From Mobula hypostoma (lineage: Eukaryota), in NCBI RefSeq assembly GCF_963921235.1, contig NC_086098.1, positions 434,001 to 498,000 of the forward strand: a stretch of DNA of 64,000 nt, given 5' to 3'. A model generated the notes under the pieces. That model worked only from the letters and a program-made list of their open reading frames with translations. It was not told the DNA's origin and did not search any database. Each line of letters opens with the position of its first letter. Position 1 is the stretch's first letter. The position numbers and the translations under genes were made by a program. This document shows, piece after piece, positions 37,401 to 49,617 of this stretch.

Positions 37401-37939
37401 ATTGCGTTCAGTTTTGGTCACCAAATTACAGGAAGGATATAAATAAAGTTGAAAGAGTGCAGAGAAGGTTTACAAGGATGTTGCCAGGACTTGAGAAACT
37501 CAGTTACAGAGAAAGATTGAATAGGTTAGGACTTTATTCCCTGGAGTGTGTAAGAATGAGGGGAGATTTGATAGAGGTATATAAAATTATGATGGGTATA
37601 GATAGAGTGAATTCAAGCAGGCTTTTTCCACTGAGGCAAGGGGAGAAAAAAACCAGAGGACATGGGTTAAGGGTGAGGGGGGAAAGTTTAAAGGAACATT
37701 AGAGGGGGCTTCTTCACACAGAGAGTGGTGGGAGTATGGAATGATCTGCCAGACGAGGTGGTAAATGCGGGTTCTTTTTTTAACATTTAAGAATAAATTG
37801 GACAGATACATGGATGGGAGGTGTATGGAGGGATATGGTCCGTGTGCAGGTCAGTGGGACTAGGCAGAAAATAGTTCGGCACAGCCAAGAAGGGCCAAAA
37901 GGCCTGGTTCTGTGCTGTAGTTTTTCTATGGTTTCTATG
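34480..37939. mobile_element. Single CR1-D insertion with inverted 5' part (34480-36529 minus; 36530-37939 plus)
   Basis: Minus part stops at GAGGATTGGAGAG and plus part starts at GCTCATGTTGTTCCG; these are adjacent in the uninverted CR1-D near 61100-61130. Gypsy sequence lies on both sides. Confidence 0.9.
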
Positions 37940-38065
37940 GGAGCAGGGTATGACCCCTATCATTTTGGGGAGCTATGTTACTGTCTTGTGCACCTGGATT
38001 GGACTTTGTGCATAGCAGGAAGGGTTGACGAATTTTCTCAATGTCATGAGTACATGACTAAACTT

Positions 38066-38078
38066 GGAGGGGTGAGAG
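38066..38078 (+). promoter_or_regulatory. Polypurine tract of the Gypsy element
   Basis: GGAGGGGTGAGAG directly before the TG of the 3' LTR. Confidence 0.8.
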
Positions 38079-38400
38079 TGTAATGCACTGTTAGGTTTCA
38101 CTGCTGATGTAATGGCTTCTCTGTAATGTTCCACTGCTAAGGTAATGGTTTCTCTGTAGCAGCAATGTTTGGGTTATGACTAGAGATAACAGGGCATGCT
38201 AGCCAATGAGCAGGATGTTGTTCTTTCTTGTGTGTCTGGGAGCCGGGATTTCGTGGGTCTTTTGCTGGGGAGAGATGAGGATAGAAGACACGAATAGAGA
38301 GAGTTAGTAGACCTCGGACGGAGTGGACTTGGAGCGGGTTTCTGAAGGTCAGCGACGATCGAAGGAGGTTGATGGTGGGCAAACAGCTTATCAGTGAATT
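38079..38400 (+). repeat. Gypsy 3' LTR, first part
   Basis: Aligns with 28070-28348 and 28678-28722. Confidence 0.93.
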
Positions 38401-38627
38401 CGGAGGAGGTCTGAGAGTCGGAGCGAGAGTGCAGAGCAAGCCATGTTTGAATTTTTCTGTTTTTTTTCCATCGGCGTTCAGAGAGGCAGAACTGCGCAGG
38501 CATGTGATGTTGGGCAGTGAAGCGTGGAGGATTTAAAAGGAAAAGAGCCTTATATAGCGGGCAGCGTAGTTTGCGGTCTGTGGAGTGAGCCAGGAGCAGA
38601 GTGAAGGCTTAAGGGCTTCGGCTCAAT

Positions 38628-41559
38628 AAAGTTGCAGTGAAATCAAAGCAAAAAATATCAAATACTGGTCTTAAGGTGTTGTACTTAACTGCACGCAGCA
38701 TAAGGAATAAGGTGGATGATCTTGTTGTCCAGCTACAGATTGGCAGGTATGATATTGTGGCCATCACTGAGACCTGGCTAAAGGATGCATGTCTCTGGAA
38801 GCTGAACGTTCAAGGATACATGGTGTATCGGAGGGATAGGAAGGCAGGCAGAGGGGAAGGCGTGGATTTATTGGTAAGAAATGATATTAAATCATTAAAA
38901 AGAGGTGATATAGGATCGGAAGGTGCAGAATCTTTATGGGTTGAGCTAAGAAATAGCAGGGGTAAAAGGACCCTGATGGCAGTTATTTATAGGCCTCCAA
39001 ACAGCTGCAGGGATGTGGACTACAAATTACAACTGGAAATAGAAAAGGCTTGTCAGAAGGGCAGTGTTATGATAATTGTGGGGGATTTTAACATGCGAGT
39101 AGATTGGGAAAATCAGGTCAGCACTGGATCTCAAGAGAGAGAATTTGTAGAATGTCTGCGAGATGGCTTTTTAGAACAGCTTGTTGTTGAGCCTACTAGG
39201 GGATCGGCTGTACTGGATTGGGTATTGTGTAATGAACCGGAGGTGATTGGACAGATTGAGGTGAAGGAACCCTTAGGAGGCAGTGATGATAACATGATTG
39301 AATTCACTGTGAAATTAGAAAAAGAGAAGCCGAAATCTGATGTGTCGGTATTTCAGTGGAGTAAAGGAAATTACAGTGGCATGAGAGAGGAACTGGCCAA
39401 AGTTGACTGGAAAGAGACACTAGCGGGAAAGGCAGCAGAGCAGCAGTGGCTGGAGTTTATGCGAGAAATGAGGAATGTGCAAGACAGATATATTCCAAAA
39501 AAAAGAAATTTTCGAGTGGAAAAAGGATGCAACCGTGGTTGACAAGAGAAGTCAAACCCAAAGTTAAAGCAAAAGAGAGGGCATACAAGGAAGCAAAAAT
39601 TAGTGGGAAGACAGAGGATTGGGAAGTTTTTAAAACCTTACAAAAGGAAACCAAGAAGGTCATTAAGAGAGAAAAGATTAACTATGAAAGGAAGCTAGCA
39701 AATAATATCCAAGAGGATACTAAAAGTTTTTTCAAGTATATAAAGAGTAAAAGACAGGTGAGAGTAGATATAGGACCGATAGAAAATGATGCTGGAGAAA
39801 TTGTAATGGGAGATGAGGAGATGGCAGAGGAATTGATCAAGTATTTTGCATCAGTCTTCACTGAGGAAGACATCAGCAGTATACCGGACACTCAAAGGTG
39901 GCAGGGAAGAGAAGTGTGCGCAGTCACAATTACGACAGAGAAAGTACTCAGGAAGCTGAATAGGCTAAAGGTAGATAAATCTCCTGGATCAGATGGAATG
40001 CACCCTCGTGTTCTGAAGGAAGTAGATGTGGAGATTGCGGAGGCATTAGCGATGATCTTTCAAAAGTCGATAGATTCTGGCATGGTTCCGGAGGACTGGA
40101 AGATTGCAAATTTCACTCCGCTATTTAAGAAGGGGGCAAGGAAGCAAAAAGGAAGTTATAGACCTGTTAGCTTGACATCCGTGGTTGGGAAGTTGTTGGA
40201 GTCGATTGTCAAGGATGAGGTTACAGAGTACCTGGAGGCATATGACAAGATAGGCAGAACTCAGCATGGATTCCTTAAAGGAAAATCCTGCCTGACAAAC
40301 CTATTACAATTTTTTGAGGAAATTACCAGTAGGCTAGACAAGGGAGATGCAGTGGATGTTGTATATTTGGATTTTCAGAAGGCCTTTGACAAGGTGCCAC
40401 ACATGAGGCTACCTAACAAGATATGAGCCCACGGAATTACGGGAAAGTTACATACGTGGATAGAGCGTTGGCTGATTGGCAGGAAACAGAGAGTGGGAAT
40501 AAAGGGATCCTATTCTGGTTGGCTGCCGGTTACCAGTGGTGTTCCGCGGGGATCAGTGTTGGGGCCGCTTCTTTTTACATTGTACATCAACGATTTAGAT
40601 TATGGAATAGATGGCTTTGTGGCTAAGTTTGCTGACGATACGAAGATAGGTGGAGGGGCTGGTATTGCTGAGGAAACGGAGAGTCTGCAGAGAGACTTGG
40701 ATAGATTGGACGAATGGGCAGAGAAGTGGCAAATGAAGTACAATGTTGGAAAGTGTATAGTTACGCACTTTGGCAGAAAAAATAAATGGGCAGACTATGA
40801 TTTAAATAGGGAAAGAATTCAAAGTTCTGAGATGCAACGGGACTTGGGAGTCCTCGTACAGGATACCCTTAAAGTTAACCTTCAGGTTGAGTCAGTAGCG
40901 AAGAAGGCGAATGAAGTGTTGGCATTCATTTCTAGAGGAATAGAGTATAGGAGCAGGGATGTGATGTTGAGGCTCTATAAGGCACTAATGAAACCTCACT
41001 TGGAGTACTGTGGGCAGTTTTGGTCTCCTTATTTAAGAAAGGATGTGCTGACGTTGGAGAGGGTACAGAGAAGATTCACTAGAATGATTCCGGGAATGAG
41101 AGGGTTAACATATGACGAACGTTTGTCCGCTCTTGGACTGTATTCCTTGGAGTTTAGAAGAATGAGGGGAGACCTCATAGAAACATTTTGAATGTTAAAA
41201 GGCATGGATAGAGTGGATGTGGCAAAGTTGTTTCCCATGATGGGGGAGTCTAGTACGAGAGGGCATGAATTAAGGATTGAAGGGCGCCCATTCAGAACAG
41301 AGATGCAAAGAATTTTTTTTAGCTAGAGGGTGGTGAACCTATGGAATTTGTTGCCACGGGCAGCAGTGGAGGCCAAGTCATTGGGTGTATTTAAGGCAGA
41401 GATTGATAGGTATCTGAGTAGCCAGGGCATCAAAGGTTATGGTGAGAAGGCAGGGGAGTGGGACTAAATAGGAGAAAATGGATCAGCTCATGATAAAATG
41501 GCAGAGCAGACTCGATGGGCCGAATGGCCTACTTCTGCTCCTTTGTCTTATGGTCTTAT
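38628..41559 (+). mobile_element. CR1-C, near-complete ORF2, inserted in the CR1-A 5' UTR
   Basis: Endonuclease-RT ORFs of 301, 326 and 232 aa; tail TCTTATGGTCTTAT; TSD GGCTCAAT at 38620-38627 and 41560-41567. Confidence 0.95.
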
Positions 41560-42667
41560 GGCTCAATGAGCTTAGGCGGAAACGGGCGAGGCGAAGAGGG
41601 TTTGGTATTCATTTTTTGTTGTTTTTTGAGGAGAGGGTCAGTATGAGTGTGAGGGCAGTTTGTTGTTCTCAATGCCGGATGTGGGAAGTCCTGGAGTCTC
41701 CAAGCCTCCTGGACGTCCACATCTGTGCCAGGTGCGCCAACATGCAGCTCGTAAGGGACCGCGTTACGGAACTGGAGCTGCAGCTCGATGACCTTCGTCT
41801 GGTCAGGGAGAATGAGGAGTTGATAGAGAGGAGTTACAGGCAGGTGGTCACACGGGGGCCACGGGAGGCAGACAAGTGGGTCACGGTTAGGAGGGGGAAG
41901 GGGAAGGCTCAGGTACTGGAGAGTACCCCAGTGGCTGTGCCCCTTGATAATAAGTACTCCTGTCTGAGTACTGTTGGGGGGGGGGACAGCTTACATGGGG
42001 GAAGCGACAGTGGCCGTGCCTCTGACACAGAGTCCTGCCCTGTAGCTCAGAAGGGTAGGGAAAGGAAGAGGAGGGCAGTAGTAATAGGGGACTCGATAGT
42101 AAAGGGGTCAGATAGGCGATTCTGTGGACGCAGTCCAGAGACCCGGATGATAGGTCACCTCCCTGTGCCAGGGTCCGGGATATTTCTGATCGTGTCCAAG
42201 ATATCCTGAAGTGGGAGGGTGAGGAGCCAGAGGTCATAGTACATATAGGTACCAATGAAATAGGTAGGAAAAGGGAAGAGGTCCTGAAAGGAGAATATAG
42301 GGAGTTAGGAAGGGAGTTGAGAAAAAGGACCGCAAAGGTTGTAATCTCGGGATTACTGCCTGTGCCACGTGACAGTGAGAGTAGGAATGCAATGAGGTGG
42401 AGGATAAATGCATGGCTGAGAGATTGGAGCAGGGGGCAGGGATTCAAGTTTTTGGATCATTGGAACTCTTTTGGCACAGGTGTGACCTGTACAAAAAGGA
42501 TGGGTTACACTTGAATCCCAGGGGGACCAATATCCTAGCGGGGAGATTTGCGAGGGCTACTGAGGTAACTTTAAACTAGAATGGTTGGGGGTGGGAATCA
42601 AATTAAAGAGGCTAGGCGAGAGGAGGTTAGTTCACAACAGGGGGATGGGAACAAGTGCAGAGAGACA

Positions 42668-43090
42668 TAAGTTAGGACTTTATTCCCTGGAGCGTAGAAG
42701 AATGAGGGGAGATTTGATAGAGGTATATAAAATTATGATGGGTTTTGATAGAGTGAATGCAAGCAGTCTTTTTCCACTGAGGCAAGGGGAGAAAAAAACC
42801 AGAGGACATGGGTTAAGGGTGAGGGGGGAAAAGTTTAAAGGGAACATTGGGGGGGCTTCTTCACACAGAGAGTGGTGGGAGTATGGAATGAGCTGCCAGA
42901 CGGGGTGGTAAATGCGGGTTCTTTTTTAACATTTAAAAATAAATTGGACAGATACATGGATGGGAGGTGTATGGAGGGATATGGTCCGTGTGCAGGTCGG
43001 TGGGACTAGGCAGAAAATGGTTCGGCACAGCCAAGAAGGGCCAAAGGGCCTGTTTCTGTGCTGTAGTTTCTATGGTTCTATGGTTATATG
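42668..43090 (+). mobile_element. CR1-D 3' fragment inserted between CR1-A ORF1 and ORF2
   Basis: Matches 62370-62787; (TTCTATGG)n tail; TSD GAGACA at 42662-42667 and 43091-43096. Confidence 0.92.
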
Positions 43091-46000
43091 GAGACAGAGG
43101 GGTGTAAAATGAGGGTAGAAACTAAAAATAGTAAGGTGAAAAGTAAAAATGGCAGGCTGGCAAATCCAGGGCAAAAATCAAAAAGGGCCACTTTTCAACA
43201 TAATTGCATAAGGGCTGAGAGTGTTGTAAAAGCGAGCCTGAAGGTTTTGTGTGTCAATGCAAGGAGCATTCGTAACAAGGTGGATGAGTTAAAAGTTCAG
43301 ATTGTTATTAATGATTATGATATAGTTGGGATCACAGAGACATGGCTCCAGAGTGACCAAGGATGGGAGCTCAACATTCAGGGATATTCGATATTCAGGA
43401 GGGATAGACATGAAAGAAAAGGAAGTGTGGTAGCATTGCTGGTTAGAGAGGAGATTAACGCAATAGAAAGGAAGGACATTAGCCGGAGGATGTGGACTCG
43501 ATATGGGTAGAGCTGCATAACACTAAGGGGCAGAAAACGCTGGTGGGAGTTGTGTACAGGCCACCTAACAGTAGTAGTGAGGTTGGGGATGGCATTAAAC
43601 AGGAAATTAGAAATGCGTGCAATAAAGGAACAGCAGTCATAATGGGTGACTTCAATCTACATATAGATTGGGTAAACCAAATTGGTAAGGATGCTGAAGA
43701 GGATTTCTTGGAGTGTATGCGGGATGGTTTTTTTAACCAACATGTCGAGGAACCAACTGGAGAGCAGGCCATTCTAGACTGGGTATTGAGCAATGAGGAA
43801 GGGTTAATTAGCAATCTTGTCGTGAGAGGCCCCTTGGGTAAGAGTGACCATAATATGGTGGAATTCTTCATTAAGATGGAGAGTGACATAGTTAATTCAG
43901 AAACAAGGATTCTGAACTTAAAGAAGGGTGACTTTGAAGGTATGAGACGTGAATTAGCTAAGATAGAATGGCAAATGATACTTAAAGGGTTGACGGTGGA
44001 TATGCAATGGCAAGCATTTAAAGATCGCATGGATGAACTACAACAATTGTTCATCCCAGTTTTGCAAAAGAATAAATCAGGGAAGGTAGTGCACCCGTGG
44101 CTGACAAGGGAAATTAGGGATAGTATCAATTCCAAAGAAGAAGCATACAAATTAGCCAGAAAAAGTAGCTCACCTGAGGACTGGGAGAAATTCAGAGTCT
44201 AGCAGAGGAGGACAAAGGGCTTAATTAGGAAAGGGAAAAAAGATTATGAGAGAAAACTGCCAGGGAACATAAAAACTGACTGTAAAAGCTTTTATAGATA
44301 TGTGAAAAGAAAAAGATTGGTTACAACAAATGTAGGTCCCGTACAGACAGAAACAGGTGAATTGATTATGGGGAGCAAGGACATGGCAGACCAGTGGAAT
44401 AACTACTTTGGTTCTGTCTTCACTAAGGAAGACAAAAATAATCTTCCGGAAATAGTCGGGGACAGAGGGTCTAGTGAGATGGAGGAACTGAGGGAAATAC
44501 ATGTTGGTAGGGAAGTGGTGTTAGGTAAATTGAAGGGATTAAAGACAGATAAATCCCCAGGGCCAGGTGGTCTGCATCCCAGAGTGCTTAAGGAAATAGC
44601 CCAAGAAATAGTGATGCATCAGTGATAATTTTTCAAAACTCTTTAGATCCTGGACTAGTTCCTGAGGATTGGAGAGTGGCTAATGTAACCCCGCTTTTTA
44701 AAAAAGGAGGGAGAGAGAAACCGGGGAAATATAGACCGGTTAGCCTAACATCGGTGGTGGGGAAAATGCTAGAGTCAGTTATCAAAGATGTGATAACAGC
44801 ACATTTGGAAAGCGGTGAAATCATCGGACAAAGTCAGCATGAATTTGTGAAAGCAAAATCATGTCTGACGAATCTCATAAAATTTTTTGAGGATGTAACT
44901 AGTAGAGTGGATAGGGGAGAACCAGTGGATGTGTTATATTTGGATTTTCAAAAGCCTTTTGACAAGGTCCCACACAGGAGATTAGTGTGCAAACTTAAAG
45001 CACACAGTATTGGGGGTAAGGTATTGATGTGGATAGAGAATTGGTTGGCAGACAGGAAGCAAAGAGTGGGAATAAACGGGACCTTTTCAGAATGGCAGGC
45101 AGTGACTAGTGGGGTACCATAAGGCTCAGTGCTGGGACCCCAGTTGTTTACAATATACATTAATGACTTAGATGAGGGAATTAAATGCAGCATCTCCAAG
45201 TTTGCGGATGACATGAAGCTGGGCGGCAGTGTTAGCTGTGAGGAGAATGCTAAGAGGATGCAGGATGACTGGTGAGTGGGCAAATTCATGGCAGATGAGG
45301 TTATCCACTCTGGTGGCAAAAACAGGAAAACAGATTATTATCTGAATGGTGGTCGATTAGGAAAAGGGGAGGTGCAACGAGAGCTGGGTGTCATTATACA
45401 CCAGTCATTGAAAGTGGGCATGCAGGAGAAGCAGGCGGTGAAAAAGGCGAATGGTATGCTGGCATTCATAGCAAGAGGATTTGAGTACAAGAGCAGGGAG
45501 GTACTACTGCAGTTGTACAAGGCCTTGGTGAGACCACACCTGGAGTATTGTGTGCAGTTTTGGTCCCCTAATCTGAGGAAAGACATCCTTGCCATAGAGG
45601 GAGTACAAAGAAGGTTCACCAGATTGATTCCTGGGAGGGCAGGACTTTCATATGAGGAAAGACTGGATCGACTAGGCTTATACTCGTTGGAATTTAGAAG
45701 ATTGAGGGGGGATCTTATTGAAAGGTATAACATCCTAAAGGGATTGGACAGGTTAGATGCAGGAAGATTGTTTCCAATGTTGGGGAAGTCCAGAACGAGG
45801 GGTCACGGTTTGAGAATAAAGGGGAAGCCTTTTAGGACCGAGATTAGGAAAAACTTCTTCACACAGAGAGTGGTGAACCTGTGGAATTCTCTGCCACAGG
45901 AAACAGTTGAGGCCAGTTCATTGGCTATATTTAAGAGGGAGTTAGTTATGGCCCTTGTGGCTAAAGGGATCAGGGGGTATGGAGGGAAGGTTGGTACAGG

Positions 46001-46103
46001 GTTCTGAGTTGGATGATCAGCCATGATCATACTGAATGGCGGTGCAGGTTCGAAGGGCCAAATGGCCTACTCCTGCACCTATTTTCTATGTTTCTATGTT
46101 TCT

Positions 46104-46358
46104 AACTCTGCTCAACAGACTGTTTCATGGGAATGGGCCCTTATTCTTTTCTGTTTTCTTTACTAACCATATCGTCAAATTAAGAATTATAAAGCTCAAT
46201 CGTTTAATCGCATATTGTGTACTGTTTGTTATTTCGTAGTATTGATTTGTAACAGGGGACACATCACACAGCATCCACCCTAACGAGATTTCTTAAGTTT
46301 GGCCGGGCTGGAGGCTATCATCCTCTATATTAAGCCGCTAGCTAAAGCGAGAGTTACA
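46104..46358 (+). repeat. Gypsy 3' LTR, second part
   Basis: Aligns with 28727-28985; ends GCGAGAGTTACA. Confidence 0.93.
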
Positions 46359-48755
46359 TAATCTTCTTAAAGAATTTCAACAGGTTCATGAGGCAAGATT
46401 TTCCCTTTAGGAAATCATGCTGATTTTGTCCTATCTTGTCCTGTGTCACCAAGTACTCCATCACCTCATCCTTAACAATCGATTTCAAGATCTTCCCAAG
46501 CACTAAGGTCAGGCTAACTGGTCTATAATTTCCTATCTGCTGCCTTCCTCCTTTCATAAAGAGTAGAGTGACAGTTGCAATTTTCCAGTCCTCTGATATC
46601 ATGTTAGAGTCCAATGATTTCTGAAAGCTTGTTACTAATGCCACCACAATCTCTAGCAATGCATCTTTCAGAACCCTGCAGTGCAGTTCATCTGGTCCAG
46701 GTGACTTATGTAACCTAAGGTCTTTCAGCTTTTTGAGCACCTTCTCCCTTGTAATAGTAACTGGACTCATTTCTCTTCCTCTCGACCTTCAACATCTGGC
46801 ACACAGCTGGTATCTTCCACAGTGAAGACTGATGCAAAATAATCATTTAGTTCATCTGCCATCTTCTTGTCCCCCGTTCTTATTTCTACGGCCTCATTTT
46901 CTAGCGGTCCTATATCCACTCTCATCTCTCTTTCATATTTTACATACTTGAAAAAGCTTTTACTGTCCACTTTGATAATGTTTTCTAGCTTGCTTTTATA
47001 TTTCATCTTTTCCCTCTTAATGACTGTTTTAGTTGCTTCTCTGTGGGTTTTTAAAAGCTTCTCAATCCTCTGTCTTCCCACTAATGTTTGCTTTGTTGTG
47101 TGCCTTCTCTTTTGTTTTTACATCAGCTTTGACTTCCCTTGTCAGTTGTCAGCCATGATTGTACTATTTTGCCATTTAAGTATTTCTTCATTTTTGGAAT
47201 ACACATGTCCTGCAACTTCCTTATTTTTCCCAGAAGTGCATGCTATTGGTGCTCTGCTGATATCCCTGCCAGCAGCTCCTTCCAATTTACTTTGTCCAAC
47301 TCCTCTCTCATACCACTGTAATTTCCTTTACTCCATTGAAATGATGCTACATCAGACTTTGCTATCTCCTGATCAATTTTCAAGTTGAACTCAATCATAT
47401 TATGATCACTGCCTCCTAGGGGTTCTTTTACCTTAAGCTACCTAATCACCTCTGGTTCATTACCTAATACTCAATCCAGTATAGCTGATCCCCTAGCAGG
47501 CTCAAAAAGCCATCCCGTAAGGATTCATCAAATTCATTCTCTTGAGATCCATTCACAAACAAGAGAAAATCTGCAGATGCTGGAAATCCAAGCAACACAC
47601 ACAAAATGCTGGAGTAACTCAGCAGGCCAGGCAGCATCTATGGAAAAGTGTACAGTCGAAGTTTCGGGCTGAGACCCTTCAACAAGACTGGAAGGAAAAA
47701 GCTGAGGATTAGATTTGAAAGGTGGAGGGAGGGGAAAGAGTAACACAAGCTGACAGGTAAAACTTGAAGGAGGAGGAATGAATTAAAGAGGTGGGAAGTT
47801 GATTGGTGGAAGAGAATCAGGACTGGAGAAGTGGGAGTCTGATCAAAGAGGACAGAAGGCCATGGAAGAAAGATGAAGTGTCGACTTACCTGGAAGATCT
47901 GTTTGGGGCCCTGAATGGTAGTGAGGGAGGAGGCGTAAGGGCAGGTGTAGCATTTGTTCTACTTGTAAAGATAAGTGCCAGGAGGGAAATCAGTGGGGAG
48001 GAATGAACTGACAAGAGTCCTGTAGGTAGTGATCACTGTGGAAAGCAGAGAGTGGGAGGGAGGGAAAGATGTGCTTGGTGGTGGGATCCTGTTGGAGATG
48101 GCGGAAGTTGTGGAGATTTATATTCTGGACACAGAGGCTGGTGGGGTGGTAGGTGGGGACAAGAGGAACACTGTCTCTGGTCGGATGGCAAGAGGATAGG
48201 GTGAGAGTAGACGTGCATGAAATAGAAGAGATGCAGTTGAGGGCAGCGTTGATGGTGGAGGAAGGGAAGCCCCTTTCTTTGAAGGAGGATGATATTTCCT
48301 TCATTCTGGAATGAAAAACCTCATCCTGAGAGCAGATACGGCAGAGACAGAGTAATTGAGAGAAGGGGATGTCATTTTTACAAGTAACATGTTGAGAGGA
48401 GGTATAGTCCAGGCAGTTGAGAGGGTCCATGGGTTTGTAACAGACATCAGTAGTTAAGCTGTTTCCAAAGATAGAGACAGAGAGATTGAGAAAGGGGAGG
48501 AAGGTTTTAGAAATGGCCCAGGTAAATTTGAGGGCAGGGTGGAAGTTGGAGACAAAGTAGATAAAGACAACAAGTTCAGCATGGATGCAGGAAGCAGCAC
48601 CAATGCAGTTCCTCCAGCACTTTGCATGTGTCGCTTCAGATTCATACCAATCTGACTTTCCCAATTGATGTGTATGCTGAAATTTCCTATGACTATCATA
48701 ACATTTCCCTTTTGACATGCCTTTTGTATTTCCCGTTGTAATCTGTGGTCCACAT
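46359..48755 (-). mobile_element. CR1 endonuclease-RT region: right part of the Gypsy host, interrupted by an older Penelope
   Basis: KSPGPDELH, NYRPVSLT, QHDFLKGKSC; IQKACQKGNVMIVIGNF at about 48690-48740. Confidence 0.88.
47556..48610 (-). mobile_element. Older, internally deleted Penelope-like element
   Basis: NFHPALKFTW..S...LPFL.LSV, DYTSSQH, IPFSQL..L.RICS (Penelope RT C-terminus); terminal repeat with a degenerate hammerhead at 47654-47689. Confidence 0.85.
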
Positions 48756-48996
48756 TCCAGCGTAGTTGCCTTAGTCTGTTACTGAAACTGCTCCTCTGTT
48801 CAGCCAAGATGGCATGCAGAGCATAAGAAATATTGTCCAGAATCGCCAGGATTTTTTGTAGGGTGCCTTGTTCTGCCACAGCCTCCAGTGTGTCCAGTTT
48901 GACTCCTATAACCGAGCCAGCCTCTCTAATCAGTTTATTGAGCCTGTTGGTTTCACCCAGATTGATGCCATTGCCCCAGCACATCACTGCATAGAA
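48756..48996 (-). mobile_element. Rex1/Babar-type LINE RT C-terminal fragment
   Basis: YAVMCWG....GETNRLNKLIREAGSVIG..LD...ILDN...LH......SSFSNRL. Confidence 0.8.
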
Positions 48997-49615
48997 GGTT
49001 ATTCAAGAAAGGGAGTAGAGACAGCCCAGGAAATTATAGACCAGTGAGTCTTACTTCAGCGGTTGGTAAGTTGATGGAAAAGATCCTGAGAGGCAGGATT
49101 TATGAACATTTGGAGAGGCATAATATGATTAGGAATAGTCAGCATGGCTTTGTTAAAAGCAGGCTGTGCCTTATGAGCCTAATCGATTTTTTTGAGGATG
49201 TGACTAAACATATTGCTGGAGGTGGCGCAGCAGATGTAGTGTATATGGATTTCAGCAAGGCATTTGATAAGGTACCCCATGCAAAGCTTATTGAGAAAGT
49301 AAGGAGGCATAGGATCCAAAGGGACATTGTGGATCGAGAATTGGCTTGCCCAAAGATGGCAAAGAGTGGTTGTAGACGGGTCATATTCTCCATCAAGGTC
49401 GGTGACCTGTGGTGTACCTCAGGGATCTGTTCTGGGACCCCTACTCTGATTATAAGTGACCTGGATGAGGAAGTGGAGGAATGGGTTAGTAAATTGGTTG
49501 ATGACACAAAGGTTGGGGGTGTTGTGGATAGTGTGGAGGGCGGTCAGACGTTACAGCGGGACATTGATAGTATGCGAAACTGGGCTGAGAAGTGGCAGAT
49601 GGAGTTCAACCCAGA
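48997..49615 (+). mobile_element. CR1-B RT fragment
   Basis: SLTSAVGKLMEK, QHGF, YMDFSKAFDKVPH, KWQMEFNPD; cut at a TA by the Tc1 element. Confidence 0.9.
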
Positions 49616-49617
49616 TA

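Larger units (their letters stand above)
38401..46103 (+). mobile_element. Full-length CR1 LINE (family A) inserted in the Gypsy 3' LTR, itself interrupted twice
   Basis: 5' UTR 38401-38627 plus 41560-41642; ORF1 41643 to about 42580 (CSQC..CARC, zipper, IGDSIVKG, HIGTN, DGLHL); ORF2 about 43091-46007; (TTTCTATG)n tail. Confidence 0.92.
28070..46358 (+). mobile_element. Complete Gypsy (Ty3) LTR retrotransposon, decayed, expanded to 18.3 kb by nested insertions
   Basis: Two LTRs TGTAA...TTACA, PBS, gag-PR-RT-RH-IN order, PPT, TSD TAAT at 28066-28069 and 46359-46362. Confidence 0.95.

Noticed and set aside
41478..42209. 243-aa ORF appearing to extend ORF1 at its N-terminus
   Set aside because: Starts in the CR1-C tail and crosses the TSD into the CR1-A UTR; the real ORF1 start is probably the ATG at 41643.
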